Notes: generated from the letters alone by a model not told the origin. A DNA stretch of 64,000 nt from Candidatus Bathyarchaeota archaeon (GCA_963720565.1 CAVRFW010000005.1:192001-256000), one strand, 5' to 3'; shown: positions 51,070 through 61,894, counted from the stretch's first letter. Program-made: numbers and translations.

Positions 51070-51459
51070 TTGACCGACATGACTGAAAAAGTTAGAGAAG
51101 ATCCAGTGAAGATGCATAAAGACGCGAACAACCTTATGGATTCAGGAAAATACTCAGAGGCGCAAGATCTTTTTCTGCGAACTGCAGAACTGTATCGGAA
51201 AGCCCAAAACTATTTCGACTCAGCAACAATGCTATACAAGGCGGGCGAATGCAGCTTCGCACTGAAAGAGTACGAGAAAGCAATAGAGCACTTCACGAAG
51301 TCAGCCGAGCTTTGTTTGGCAAAAGGATTTGACAGATTCGGTTTAAGTGCTCTGGATTACGCAAGAGACTGTCAGAAGGCTTTGGGAAACACAGCGGAAA
51401 TCGCGGAACTAGACAAGAAAATAAAAGAACTTAAAGCCAAGATAGACAGCGCTTTCTAA
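51070..51459 (+). CDS. TPR/SNAP-like alpha-helical repeat protein
   Basis: Repeated A..LF..AELY / AGEC...EYEKAIEHF..SAEL helices. Confidence 0.7.
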   Translation: MTDMTEKVREDPVKMHKDANNLMDSGKYSEAQDLFLRTAELYRKAQNYFDSATMLYKAGECSFALKEYEKAIEHFTKSAELCLAKGFDRFGLSALDYARDCQKALGNTAEIAELDKKIKELKAKIDSAF

Positions 51460-51567
51460 ACAACCTGCCCTGCAATCGGTTTCATCTTTTTTCCACTTCA
51501 CATCAGCGCAGGAACTGTTTAATAAACAACCAGACTATCATTTGCCTAGAAGTCTCTGGAGCAGATA

Positions 51568-53263
51568 ATGACTGCATTCTTCAAATCCCTGTCTGAACTT
51601 CTAGAAAAAATAGAGAAAACCAGAAAACGACTGGAAATAGTAAACCTGACAGCCGATTTCCTAAGATCTCTTGATGCCGAAGAAGTTGAGCCAGCAGTTT
51701 CTATGATTCTAGGTAAACCTATCCCAAAATGGAGCGCAAAAAACCTAGATGTAAGCTGGTCAACCTTAACCGGAATTCTGCAACGAGTAACTGACGTTGA
51801 TTGGAACACGTTCAATGAAACCTTCCGCGAAACAGGCGACATCGGTTCCGCCACCAAAACAGTTTTCGAAAAAACCAAACTAAAAAGACAATCACGCCTA
51901 CTAGAGGAACCGTTAACATTGAGTGAAGTTAGACACACTCTCAAAACCATTGCGGAAACTACAGGTTCAGGCTCAAGAGAAAAGAAAGAGCGCATCATAA
52001 CGGCGTTGCTTGGTCAAGCTTCACCTGTGGAAGCCAAATATTTAATCAAGATTTTCACTGGAGAAATGCGCACAGGGTTGCATGAAGGCTTAATGGAACA
52101 GGCTATTGCCAAACGCCTACGAAATTCCGCTGAAAACAGTTCAAGAGGCAAGCATGGCTTTAGGCGATGCAAGCGAAGTGGCTAAAACGGCAAAAGCAGG
52201 AGGCAAAGAAGCCCTGCAAATGGTGGATTTCAAGATTTTTAGACCCGTAAGACTAATGCTTGCTCAAACAGTAGCAGGTGTCGATGAAGCCTTACTGATG
52301 CATGGTGGCAAAACCGCATTCGAATACAAATATGACGGTGCAAGAGTCCAAATCCACAAGCAAGACAGCGAAGTGCGGGTTTTCAGCCGGAGACTAACAG
52401 ACGTAACCCAAAGCCTTCCGGAAATAACTGAAACCGTGAGAAAAAATGTCAAAGTGTCTAAAGCTATCTTGGAAGGGGAAGTCGTGGCTGTAGACAATTC
52501 TGGTACTCCTATTCCCTTTCAACACTTAATGCGAAGGTTTAAGCGAGTCCACAGAGTGCACGATATGGCCACGAAGATTCCTGTAAAACTTTACTTATTT
52601 GACATTCTATATCATGAAGGCAAAAGCTTAATCGCAACACCTTACCTGAAACGCAGAATGGTTCTCGGTGAGAGCTCTGGAGATATACCGATAACAAGTC
52701 TCTTGGTTGCTGATAAGAAAGAGGAAGCTGCCAAGTTTCTCCAGGCAGCGATTGATGCTGGACATGAAGGTTTAATCGCGAAAAAACTTGACAGCTCTTA
52801 CGCCCCTGGAACACGTGGAAAGCACTGGCTCAAAATAAAGCCTGTTTTGGATCCGCTGGACTTAGTTATCGTTGCAGCTGAATACGGTTACGGGCGAAGG
52901 CACCGATGGCTGTCAGACTACTACTTAGCAGCACGTGACGCCGATGCTGGAGAATTCTCGGTTGTGGGTAAGACATTTAAGGGCTTGACTGACGCGGAAT
53001 TTGCTGAGATAACCAAACGGTTGAAGGCTCTCACAGTAAGCCAGCAACAAAATCGGGTCGTTGTTCTTCCAAACGTGGTGGTTGAGGTAACATATAACGA
53101 GATTCAGCAAAGTCCGAAATACCAGAGTGGAATGGCATTGCGGTTTGCTCGGATCAGCCGCATACGTGATGACAAAAACGTGGAAGACGTAGACACGATA
53201 GAACGAGTTCGAGAGATTTATGAGAGACAATTTGCTAAAAAAGGCAGATATACGAACAACTGA
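51568..53263 (+). CDS. lig: ATP-dependent DNA ligase, split by an extra A near 52111-52113
   Basis: N-terminal DNA-binding domain, EYKYDGARVQIH, EGLIAK, WLKIK, LRFARI..IRDDK. Confidence 0.93.
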
Positions 53264-53276
53264 CAACAATAAGTTA

Positions 53277-54323
53277 ATGGTGAATCCATTGGATAGAGAG
53301 GCATTCGCTCAAGAGTTCTACAGTCGCCAAGTTGTAATGAAAGAGCTGGGATGGAAAGGCCAGCGGAAACTCGGCAAAGCCAAAGTTGCTATAGTCGGCA
53401 TTGGAGGTTTGGGCACCACTTCCGCCATGTATTTGGCTCTAGCAGGCGTCGGACAAATTCGCCTCATTGACCAGGACATGGTCGAAATGGCAAATCTTCA
53501 TAGGCAAATTCTCTACACAACTGATGATTTGCATTATCCAAAAGTTGAAGCTGCTGCCCGGCGATTGGCGAAACTGAATCCGCTTTTGACAGTTGATCCA
53601 GTCTCAGAAAACATCAATGCTGGCAACGTTGAGCGACTGCTTTCTGGAGTTGACTGTGTGGTGGATGGTTTGGATAACATGTCAACTCGCTATCTGGTTA
53701 ATCGCGCATGCATAAAGCTAGGTGTCACGTACATTTTTGGTGCAGCCATCGGATTGGAGGGCAATATTTCGGTTTTTTCTCCGCCTGAGACTGGTTGTTT
53801 AGAGTGCTTGCTCCCCAATATTTCCGATTCCGAATTGATGAAGTGTGACACCCGCGGAGTTGTGGGCGCTACACCTGGAATCATCGGTGCAATGCAGGCG
53901 TTGGAAGCAGTGAAGGTGCTCACAGGCGTGGGTGTTCCTTTGAAGGGCAAGTTGTTAGTCTGCGATTTCAGCGACATGAGCTTTGCAGCAATCGATATCC
54001 ACAAAGCTGCTAACTGCAAAGCATGCAAAGGCGTTTCAGCGTCCACCGTTGGCGGCGAAAAGCTTGTTTGGCTATGTGGAAGAGAAACAGCAAACATTAA
54101 TCCTGAGAAACAATTGAAGTTGAACCTTGACAAGATTCAAAGAGCAATTACAACACGTTTCAATGTCCGTGTTAAATCACATCTGGCAATAATGTTTGAC
54201 TATGAAGGCTTGGAAGTTAGCCTCTTCACTAGCGGCCGAATGATTATCAAGAACGTTAAAGATGAGGATTCAGCGATGAGAGCTTACAGAGAAATCCTTA
54301 GTTTACTGAAAATAAAAAGTTGA
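53277..54323 (+). CDS. MoeB/ThiF (E1-like, UbaA) adenylyltransferase with C-terminal extension
   Basis: YSRQ, GIGGLG, NLHRQ, DGLDN, CLEC and CKAC zinc motifs. Confidence 0.92.
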   Translation: MVNPLDREAFAQEFYSRQVVMKELGWKGQRKLGKAKVAIVGIGGLGTTSAMYLALAGVGQIRLIDQDMVEMANLHRQILYTTDDLHYPKVEAAARRLAKLNPLLTVDPVSENINAGNVERLLSGVDCVVDGLDNMSTRYLVNRACIKLGVTYIFGAAIGLEGNISVFSPPETGCLECLLPNISDSELMKCDTRGVVGATPGIIGAMQALEAVKVLTGVGVPLKGKLLVCDFSDMSFAAIDIHKAANCKACKGVSASTVGGEKLVWLCGRETANINPEKQLKLNLDKIQRAITTRFNVRVKSHLAIMFDYEGLEVSLFTSGRMIIKNVKDEDSAMRAYREILSLLKIKS

Positions 54324-54389
54324 CCCGTCAAGGAACAAGCTGGAAAAAAAGGCTGGCGTTTCGAGTAAAGCCAAGCTAAGAGCTACTTG

Positions 54390-55667
54390 TTATTTGTCTG
54401 TGGTTCTGCCTATTTCGTTAATGATTTCTTTGGCTCGGTCCATGCGGATTTTCCGTTCTTTCACCATTATTTCTGCCACTGAATCCACCAGTTCTTCTGG
54501 AGCGCCAGCAGCTACAGCAATATTTCTGGCGTGAAGGGACATGTGACCACGTTGTATGCCCTCATGAGCTAGAGCACGGAGTGCTGCCAGGTTTTGCGCT
54601 AAACCGACGGCTGCTAGGACCTCTGCGAACTCGTTGGCTGTCTTTACGCTTAGGATTTTGACTGCGATTTTGGCTATGGGGTGCGTTCGTACTGCTCCGC
54701 CTATTAACCCAACTGCCATTGGCAACTCAATCGATCCCTTAAGGTCGCCCTTTTCAGTCTTTTCCCAGGTGGAAAGCGAGGTGTATCTCCCCTTGAGAGC
54801 TGCATAGGCATGGGCTCCTGCCTCAATGGCGCGGTGATCATTGCCCGTGGCTAGAATAACCGCAATAATGCCATTCATGGCACCCTTGTTGTGTGTAGCT
54901 GCGCGGTAAGGATCTGCAGCTGCGAAGGCTGAAGCGTTGACGATTCCATCTACAACTTCTTGACCGCCAATTGACTCTTTTGGGATGACGCACCAAGCCC
55001 GAGCTAAGCGTTTGGTGGCTAAATTGCTGATTATGCGCAAATAAACGCGCCCTTCTGTGAGGTCCTCTATTATTGGAGCAATCGCTTCGGCCATCGTGTT
55101 GACAGCATTCGCCCCCATAGCGTCGCGGCAATCCACGTACAGTTCTGTGATAAGCATTGGTCCCTCTGTGGTGTGGATAACTTTTGCATCCAAGTCTTTT
55201 GCCCCGCCGCCAGCAGCCACCAAAACTGGATCCTGCTCATTCGCTTTCTTCAGAATTGCTTCTTTAGCTTCTAATACACGTTGTCTGGCTGTTTCTGGGT
55301 CTTTAATTCCGACAGCTTGAATTTGGCCTATCATAATTGGCGGCGTACTACTGGTGCGAAATCCACCACCATCACGAACGATTTTGGCAGCGTAGCTGGC
55401 TGCAGCAACCACAGACGGCTCCTCAATAGCCATTGGAACTAAATAATCAACGTCATTAACGAGAAAATTAACGGCAACACCCAATGGAATGGGAAATGCT
55501 CCTACCACATTTTCTATCATGCGATCAGCCATGCTTAGGGGCAAAGAACCAGTGTTCTGTAGCAAATCACATTCTTCATCAGACAAATTAGCAAATTCCT
55601 TGACAAGATGCAAACGTTCTTTTGGGCTGAGCTTATAGAAACCAGATACTAAAGATGATTTTTTCAT
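54390..55667 (-). CDS. mvaA: Class II HMG-CoA reductase
   Basis: MIENVVG, EEPSVVAA, DAMGAN, RIISNL, ATHNKG, GNDHRA, GIQRGHMSLH. Confidence 0.95.
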   Translation of the reverse strand: MKKSSLVSGFYKLSPKERLHLVKEFANLSDEECDLLQNTGSLPLSMADRMIENVVGAFPIPLGVAVNFLVNDVDYLVPMAIEEPSVVAAASYAAKIVRDGGGFRTSSTPPIMIGQIQAVGIKDPETARQRVLEAKEAILKKANEQDPVLVAAGGGAKDLDAKVIHTTEGPMLITELYVDCRDAMGANAVNTMAEAIAPIIEDLTEGRVYLRIISNLATKRLARAWCVIPKESIGGQEVVDGIVNASAFAAADPYRAATHNKGAMNGIIAVILATGNDHRAIEAGAHAYAALKGRYTSLSTWEKTEKGDLKGSIELPMAVGLIGGAVRTHPIAKIAVKILSVKTANEFAEVLAAVGLAQNLAALRALAHEGIQRGHMSLHARNIAVAAGAPEELVDSVAEIMVKERKIRMDRAKEIINEIGRTTDK

Positions 55668-55833
55668 GATTAGCACTTTCTTGATGATGGCATGAAATAG
55701 ATTTTGTTTTGAACTTTTAAGCTTTGACCAAAATGAACAAAAGACTAGAATGAAAAGAACGTCTAATTCGTGGTATGTTCGGGGCAAATTGTATTTTATG
55801 CCAATTAACCCAAGTCTTTAGGCTATTGATGTG

Positions 55834-56859
55834 CTAGGCAGAGCATTTCTTAGGCATTGCAATCGCGGGTATTCCCAAACGCTTGCGAATCTCACGTGCT
55901 AGAGTTACGCCATGGCTAACTCGGAAATTGTCTGTCACAACACTCCGTGGCTTGCAGCGCTTGACATATTCGATAAGACCGTCAAAATCCGAATGATCAC
56001 TTAAGGCGACCAAATGTTCGTGCTCGCCAATTTGCCTGCATGCAGAACGGAACTCCCAACCACTAACACAAATCCGCGAACCGCGTAGACCTACGCTGCC
56101 GCGAGCGTTCATATGATAAAACGCAACACATGGCAAATCACAATTTAAAAGTTCCTGACCATCAGTTTCAGTCGAGAGTGTCAAACCGCCCAATCGCATG
56201 CCATGTTGCTCGCAAACTTTGGAAACATGAAAAACCCGCTCAGGCATAACGAAAGGAACACTCACATCCGCACAACGCAAAATCTGCATAACTTCCTGCA
56301 ACTTACCATGATAACCAAAAACGTAGACTACACCACGTCTAAGCCGTTGCTCGACCATCTCCACCAACAGACTCTCAACATTCAATCCAAATGATCTCCT
56401 GCACAACGGGCTCCCATAAGTCGCCTCCACCACCAACACATCACAATCCGTAATAGGCTCGGTACCTTCGAGTCTGAAGTCACCCGTGTAGGCAACCCTT
56501 ACTCCTTCCGAGTCCTCAACAATAACCTGCGCTGCACCCAAAATATGGTCTGCTCTGGTGAGGGTAACTCGTTCACCATCAAACTCGAGATTTTCTCCAT
56601 ATTCAATAGTTTCTACGTGACCATTCCCGAGCATGTTTGGTCCGTTCATCACTCCCACGAGATCCCGAGTAGCTGCGGTCATCAGAACTTTCTCGCAACT
56701 TCGAAGACTGCTCCGGAGTCCGCACAGATGGTCTGCGTGAGCATGAGTGACAATCCGCAAAGGTCTCGTGGCGTCAAAGGCATCGCACGCTACAGAATCT
56801 CCCAGCAAAATCGCCCCGCGTGGACTCACTTGGGCCTTCGAAGGCAACCAAGACCCCAA
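55834..56859 (-). CDS. MBL-fold / beta-CASP-like nuclease
   Basis: THAHADH, HILGA, YTGDFR, EATYG, SGW, SDHSD; start taken at TTG 56859. Confidence 0.85.
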   Translation of the reverse strand: MGSWLPSKAQVSPRGAILLGDSVACDAFDATRPLRIVTHAHADHLCGLRSSLRSCEKVLMTAATRDLVGVMNGPNMLGNGHVETIEYGENLEFDGERVTLTRADHILGAAQVIVEDSEGVRVAYTGDFRLEGTEPITDCDVLVVEATYGSPLCRRSFGLNVESLLVEMVEQRLRRGVVYVFGYHGKLQEVMQILRCADVSVPFVMPERVFHVSKVCEQHGMRLGGLTLSTETDGQELLNCDLPCVAFYHMNARGSVGLRGSRICVSGWEFRSACRQIGEHEHLVALSDHSDFDGLIEYVKRCKPRSVVTDNFRVSHGVTLAREIRKRLGIPAIAMPKKCSA

Positions 56860-56860
56860 C

Positions 56861-57272
56861 TTATGCTGTTCGTGGCGCAAGCCAATCCACCAGTTTTCTC
56901 GGATCATCACATTTGATTGTAACTTTTATTGGTCCCAATGGCGACTCAGCTATCTCTTCGGAAAAGGAAATGTGCCCGGCAAACGCCACCTGCTTGTTTA
57001 AACAAAAAACAACAGCGCCATTTTTTGTGCTTTTGAGAAGTGCTCTTCGGGCTGCGTCTCGAATCCGATCATTTCGTAGCAAGTTGCGAAATTTAATGAG
57101 TGCCTCCTGTCCTTTCACCTTTGCCTCAAGAACGCTTCCATTATGACTGGAGTTAACAACTATTGGCAATCCGGCAAAAAGATTCGCGACGGCTGTCCTA
57201 ACCTTCTCCTCACTCTCCGTGAGATTCACAGCAGTCTCCACTTGAACTATAATCTCATCATTTATTCTGCAT
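56861..57272 (-). CDS. UPF0201/DUF54 RNA-binding protein; start probably ATG 57272 with an extra base near 57262
   Basis: TE.EEKV..A..N, IRDAAR, LNKQVA..G, SPLGPI, WLAPRT. Confidence 0.85.
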
Positions 57273-57407
57273 CAACCCTTGCAGAGTGTATCTGTCAATC
57301 CAGCTTTCAGAGTCTATGCTACACTCTTATGGTTATCTTACAATAGCAGAATCTAGACTTAATATAAACATTTATGAGGGGAAATTGTAAAAAATAGGGG
57401 GGCCCAG

Positions 57408-57977
57408 ATGTCCGAATCGATAAGAAGTTTCTTGGCTTTCGACATTGAAAGCGAATTGGTTACTAAAAGGTTAGTGATTGCGCAGAGACTTTTGGTCCAA
57501 ACAGGCGCCGATTTGAAAATCATTGAGCCCGAGAATATCCATCTTACAGTCCGCTTCTTGGGTGATGTTTCACCACCACTAGTTGAGAAGATTTATGAAA
57601 TAATGAAGAACGTTCAATTTTCTGCCTTTGAAGTTCACATTAACGGCATAGGCGCATTCCCAGATTTGCGCTACCCCCGAGTTGTCTGGGCAGGAATAGC
57701 CCGCGGCGCAGACCAACTCAAAAACATTTTTAGCCAACTCGAACCACAACTTCAAAGTGCAGGCTTCACCCCCGACCCAAAAGGCTTCAACCCGCATCTG
57801 ACAATCGCCCGCGTGCGCTCAGGAAAAAACAGGCAACAACTAGGCGTCTCACTCAGCAACAACGCGAATTATGACTTTGGAATCGTTAAGGCACGGTGTC
57901 TCCGCCTCAAGAGAAGTATTCTTACCCCTAAGGGGCCAATCTATTCAACGCTGAAGGAATTTTGCCCTCTGCTATAA
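57408..57977 (+). CDS. thpR: RNA 2',3'-cyclic phosphodiesterase (2H family)
   Basis: RSFLAFD, two HLT motifs, PRVVWAG, GPIY. Confidence 0.94.
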   Translation: MSESIRSFLAFDIESELVTKRLVIAQRLLVQTGADLKIIEPENIHLTVRFLGDVSPPLVEKIYEIMKNVQFSAFEVHINGIGAFPDLRYPRVVWAGIARGADQLKNIFSQLEPQLQSAGFTPDPKGFNPHLTIARVRSGKNRQQLGVSLSNNANYDFGIVKARCLRLKRSILTPKGPIYSTLKEFCPLL

Positions 57978-57998
57978 CAGGTAAAGGACTTTGAAACC

Positions 57999-59432
57999 AT
58001 GCGAGAATCAATCCGCGCAGTAAACGGGGAAATAATGGAGAAGATTACGCCCACACCGGAGGATAGAGCGAGAATAGAAGCCTTAGCTAAGCAACTCGAA
58101 CAGAATGTAGCATCCGCCTGCGCAGCCCAAAACATCAAAGCTATAGTACGAGTTGAAGGTTCTGTAGCAAAAGACACGTGGATACGAGGAGAGCCAGACA
58201 TCGATGTTTTTATGCGCTTGCCACCCTCGATTCCACGCAAGGCTCTCGGTGAAATCAGCCTAAGAATAGCTCGAGAAGCAACCCGGGGCTCAAGGCAGAC
58301 TGAACGTTTCGCTGAGCATCCCTACTTGGAAGCTTTCATAGATGGAATTAGAGTGAATATAGTTCCATGCTACAATGTGAAACCAGGAGAATGGCAAAGC
58401 GCCACCGATCGGACACCACTGCACACAGACTATGTGAGAAAACATCTTGACAAAATCCTGCGAGGTGAGGTACGTCTTCTCAAAAAATTCCTCAAGGGCA
58501 TCGCATCCTACGGGGCAGAAATAAAAACTGGAGGCTTCAGTGGATATCTCTGTGAACTACTGATTCTACATTACAAATCGTTCTTTGCAACCCTGGAAGG
58601 ATTCGCTCATTACGCGTCACGTCTAAGCTTGGACATGGAAGATTATTACAAAGGAAGAGAAAGAGAACTTCAGCTCCTTTTCCCAGAACCCCTTGTAGTC
58701 GTGGATCCAGTTGACAAAGGAAGAAATGTGGCTTCTGCAGTGCAACAACATAAGCTCCATATGTTCATAGCTGCAGCCAGAGCTTACCTCCAGAATCCGA
58801 GGGTGGATTTCTTTTATCCACCAAAAACCAAAGTGTTGTCGGCTGAGGTATTGAGGATAAAAATGGAGAATCATGGTTCTGCTGTCATTTTCCTAATTCT
58901 CAACCATATTGATGTCGTCGCGGATGTTCTCTGGGGGCAGCTGTACAGAACAGAGCGGGCTTTGCGGAAACAAGTCGAACTCGGGAATTTTAACGTTCTA
59001 CGAAGCGCTGTCTGGAGTGACGAGAAGACTATGGACGTCTTTGTCCTGGAACTAGAACAGCATACGCTACCCAGCGCAAAGAAACATGTAGGGCCGCCTC
59101 TTGAGCGTGAAAAAGAATGTGAAGACTTCCTATCCAAACACACAGACAATCACAGCGTGGTTTCTGGACCTTACATTGAAAATGGACGATGGGTAGTTGA
59201 ATTGAAGCGGAAACACACAGGTATCGCAGAATTTCTATTTGAAAAACTAAAAAACGGCGGTAAAGACTCAGGAGTTGCAGAACTGGTCTCCAAGGCTTTT
59301 CAAGAAAAGCTTGAGATTCTAGTTAATGCTGAGGCGATTGACGTTTATCAGAGTAACAACGAGTTCCTCGAGTTTCTCACTGACTTTCTTTCGGGCAAGC
59401 CGTTTTGGCTCGAAAGAACTCAAACTGGGTGA
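57999..59432 (+). CDS. cca: CCA-adding enzyme (class I)
   Basis: GSVAKDTW..DIDVF, AEHPY, DRTP.H, GGFSGYLCEL, DPVD..RNVA. Confidence 0.97.
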   Translation: MRESIRAVNGEIMEKITPTPEDRARIEALAKQLEQNVASACAAQNIKAIVRVEGSVAKDTWIRGEPDIDVFMRLPPSIPRKALGEISLRIAREATRGSRQTERFAEHPYLEAFIDGIRVNIVPCYNVKPGEWQSATDRTPLHTDYVRKHLDKILRGEVRLLKKFLKGIASYGAEIKTGGFSGYLCELLILHYKSFFATLEGFAHYASRLSLDMEDYYKGRERELQLLFPEPLVVVDPVDKGRNVASAVQQHKLHMFIAAARAYLQNPRVDFFYPPKTKVLSAEVLRIKMENHGSAVIFLILNHIDVVADVLWGQLYRTERALRKQVELGNFNVLRSAVWSDEKTMDVFVLELEQHTLPSAKKHVGPPLEREKECEDFLSKHTDNHSVVSGPYIENGRWVVELKRKHTGIAEFLFEKLKNGGKDSGVAELVSKAFQEKLEILVNAEAIDVYQSNNEFLEFLTDFLSGKPFWLERTQTG

Positions 59433-59443
59433 TCAAAACGCTT

Positions 59444-60598
59444 CTATTGAGTTACCGAATGGTACCAGCTTATTATGTACTCTGGCAGTCGCAGTCCCCT
59501 TTGAGCAAGCCTTTCCGCCAGCTTGACGGGCAAGGGACTGAGCACGTAGGCAGCACGCGTGTAGAATCGGCGTGGCGTACCAGGTTTTACTTCTTCCTCC
59601 AAGATTATTTTTAAATCGGCTTTGTTAGCTAGAGTTGAATCCTTATTGCCGGTGATCGCAAGAACATTTCCCTTGAACTGTTTCATTACGTCACACCAGA
59701 TAATGACAGGTTTAGTTTCGCCGGAAAAAGACAGAAGAATCTCTAGGTCGCCAGCTCTCGGGTGAGGTGTATTTACGCCTCTCGTGATGAAGACGTTATC
59801 TCCAAGGAAACTCTTAATATGGAAAAGCCTGACTCCAGTCATCTTGGCGATTTCACTAGCGGTACCTTTTCCGCCTAAGAACACGTTAGTTCTCTTTTCG
59901 AGCAAATCCACGAGATGCGTGTAAGTTTCCGACTCTAAGTTAGCATCTATTATAGCCCCTATTTTTTCGAACTCTTCTTTGCAAAGTCGGAACACGTCTT
60001 CAACCTCCAGGTTTCTGAAGATGGCTTCAATCATCATACAAAGCAATTGGAGCGTGCCTAGCTCGAATATGTCTCCCATCATGCCTGTCTCGCTGTACTC
60101 AAAAGAGGGTTTGGATTTTCCTCTTCCTTTGATCTGAACCACGTGCCCATGCTGTTTTGTTATTTGGGCTAGCGGTGATTCCAAGCTTGAGGTCATTAAC
60201 CCCATCGTAAACTTGTTTGTCTTCTTCTCTTCGATGTATCGGGCCAAATCCTGCGCCATTACTAAAGGATCATCTGAATAGCCACTTCCCGAATTCATCA
60301 ACAGAAGCGTCTTCTTATAGCGCCTCTCAAGGTCTGCCGCAGCATCATACATGTTCTTGCCTGGAAAGCCGGGGTCATCCGGCGTCAAAACTACCTTGTT
60401 TCTCCAGCCTATTTGACTAAGGGCTATTTGGCTCATCGCCGCGTTTAATGAATAGAGTGATCTGCCTGATCCTCCACAGACTACACAGTCAGCCGATTTT
60501 AGGGCCTCGTACAAGGGTAATAGGTCTTTTCGCCTGATGCTGAGAATGTTGTCTCGGATTTTGTTGACGTATCCGATTTTGCTGATTCTGCTCTTCAT
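59444..60598 (-). CDS. Tandem SIS-domain protein (6-phospho-3-hexuloisomerase-like)
   Basis: First SIS: GSGRS, NSGSG, GDIFE; second SIS: GKG.A, RLFH, LSFSGET, ITGN.DS.LA. Confidence 0.8.
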   Translation of the reverse strand: MKSRISKIGYVNKIRDNILSIRRKDLLPLYEALKSADCVVCGGSGRSLYSLNAAMSQIALSQIGWRNKVVLTPDDPGFPGKNMYDAAADLERRYKKTLLLMNSGSGYSDDPLVMAQDLARYIEEKKTNKFTMGLMTSSLESPLAQITKQHGHVVQIKGRGKSKPSFEYSETGMMGDIFELGTLQLLCMMIEAIFRNLEVEDVFRLCKEEFEKIGAIIDANLESETYTHLVDLLEKRTNVFLGGKGTASEIAKMTGVRLFHIKSFLGDNVFITRGVNTPHPRAGDLEILLSFSGETKPVIIWCDVMKQFKGNVLAITGNKDSTLANKADLKIILEEEVKPGTPRRFYTRAAYVLSPLPVKLAERLAQRGLRLPEYIISWYHSVTQ

Positions 60599-60834
60599 GC
60601 GGACAGCGCCTCAATCCCACAATTGATTCTAGACACTGTATATTATTCTTGCGCTTCAGGAACCAAAGGGACCTTGTTCTTGGAGTCAGAAAATTCTAAT
60701 TCGACTTGTTTGTGGATTAATTAAGTCCTTTTGATCTTTTGGCTAGTGCGCAAAGTGTCTACTTGAAAGCAAGCATGTTTTCACCAAATCCTTATATCGA
60801 ATGAAACAGTCAGGCATCGCGATAGTGAAAACCA

Positions 60835-61470
60835 ATGCTACCTCAGAATGGAGTAGACGACTTCGATTTTCTCAGACAACTAGCTTTAAATCTTGGCGCT
60901 GCAGACGCGAAGATAATTTCCTCAGACAAAATAGTAATTGAGGATCGAATTGTACTCAAATGCAAAATAGGATGTACCAACTACGGAAAAACACTGATGT
61001 GCCCCCCGTACACGCCCACGGCTGAGGAATTCAGAAAAATCGCAAGAGAATACGGGTACGCATTGTTTATGAAGTTTAAGTCTAAGGCAGAAGCGGACGC
61101 CGAAGTCGCAAAATATCTTTCAAAGGCTGAAACCGACCCCACACTTTCACCTGAAATAAGAGAAAAGGTAAACATGTTTTGGGCCGCTTGGAAAGAAGAC
61201 AAGAGGCAAATGCTCTCCGTGATTGTTGACCTTGAAAAAGCGGCCATGCACAAAGGCTACCCTTTGGCGATAGGCTTTGTTTCCGGCTCCTGCTATTTGT
61301 GTGAAAAGTGTAATCTTGACACGAGAGTTTGTTCGCATCCGACAATAGCGCGGTATTCAGAAGATGCTGTCGGTGTAAACGTTAGGAAGACTGCTCAGAA
61401 TGCAGGAATTTCAGTTACGTTTCCCTTCGAGAAAAATCCGGAATCTTTTGCTTTGTTACTTATCGACTAA
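60835..61470 (+). CDS. DUF2284 metal-binding protein
   Basis: KC..GC..YG....CPP, GSCYLCEKC...C.HP..ARYS.DAVG. Confidence 0.85.
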   Translation: MLPQNGVDDFDFLRQLALNLGAADAKIISSDKIVIEDRIVLKCKIGCTNYGKTLMCPPYTPTAEEFRKIAREYGYALFMKFKSKAEADAEVAKYLSKAETDPTLSPEIREKVNMFWAAWKEDKRQMLSVIVDLEKAAMHKGYPLAIGFVSGSCYLCEKCNLDTRVCSHPTIARYSEDAVGVNVRKTAQNAGISVTFPFEKNPESFALLLID

Positions 61471-61585
61471 TTAGCGCGTTAGGTTACTGTTCTTCATGAA
61501 ATCCTTCGGAAAAAGAATTGCAAAGTCAAGAACAAGCTTTTAAAATCCAAGTAGGTGTTCTCTCAAAGGATATAGTCAGAGCAAG

Positions 61586-61870
61586 GTGTTAGAATTGAAA
61601 CTTTTACTTGATGAAATGTATGCGGGATTGAAAGAATACTTTGAAGCTTTAGGCTACGAGGTGTTGACAGCGCAGGAAGCAGGACTAAGAAGTGCCAAAG
61701 ATAGGGATGTCGTTGAATACGCAGGCAAGAACGATTTGCTCCTAATAACCCAGGATCAGAAATCAGCTGAACTATCGGAACTCATGGACGTCAAATGTAT
61801 ATTAGTTTCTAACGCGCTGATTGCTAAAATCGCAGATTCGAAGATAAAAGAAAAGTTTCCTCAAGCATAA
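61586..61870 (+). CDS. DUF5615/Mut7-C PIN-like protein
   Basis: LLLDEM, LGY.V, D.DV...A....LIT.D. Confidence 0.8.
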   Translation: MLELKLLLDEMYAGLKEYFEALGYEVLTAQEAGLRSAKDRDVVEYAGKNDLLLITQDQKSAELSELMDVKCILVSNALIAKIADSKIKEKFPQA

Positions 61871-61894
61871 TCTTGGAGCGCTCTTTGTATTTAA

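Noticed and set aside
27554..54323. A single RiPP cluster made of TldD/PmbA, rSAM-SPASM, ThiF-like enzyme and micropeptide
   Set aside because: Genes are scattered over ~27 kb among housekeeping genes and each has an ordinary stand-alone explanation
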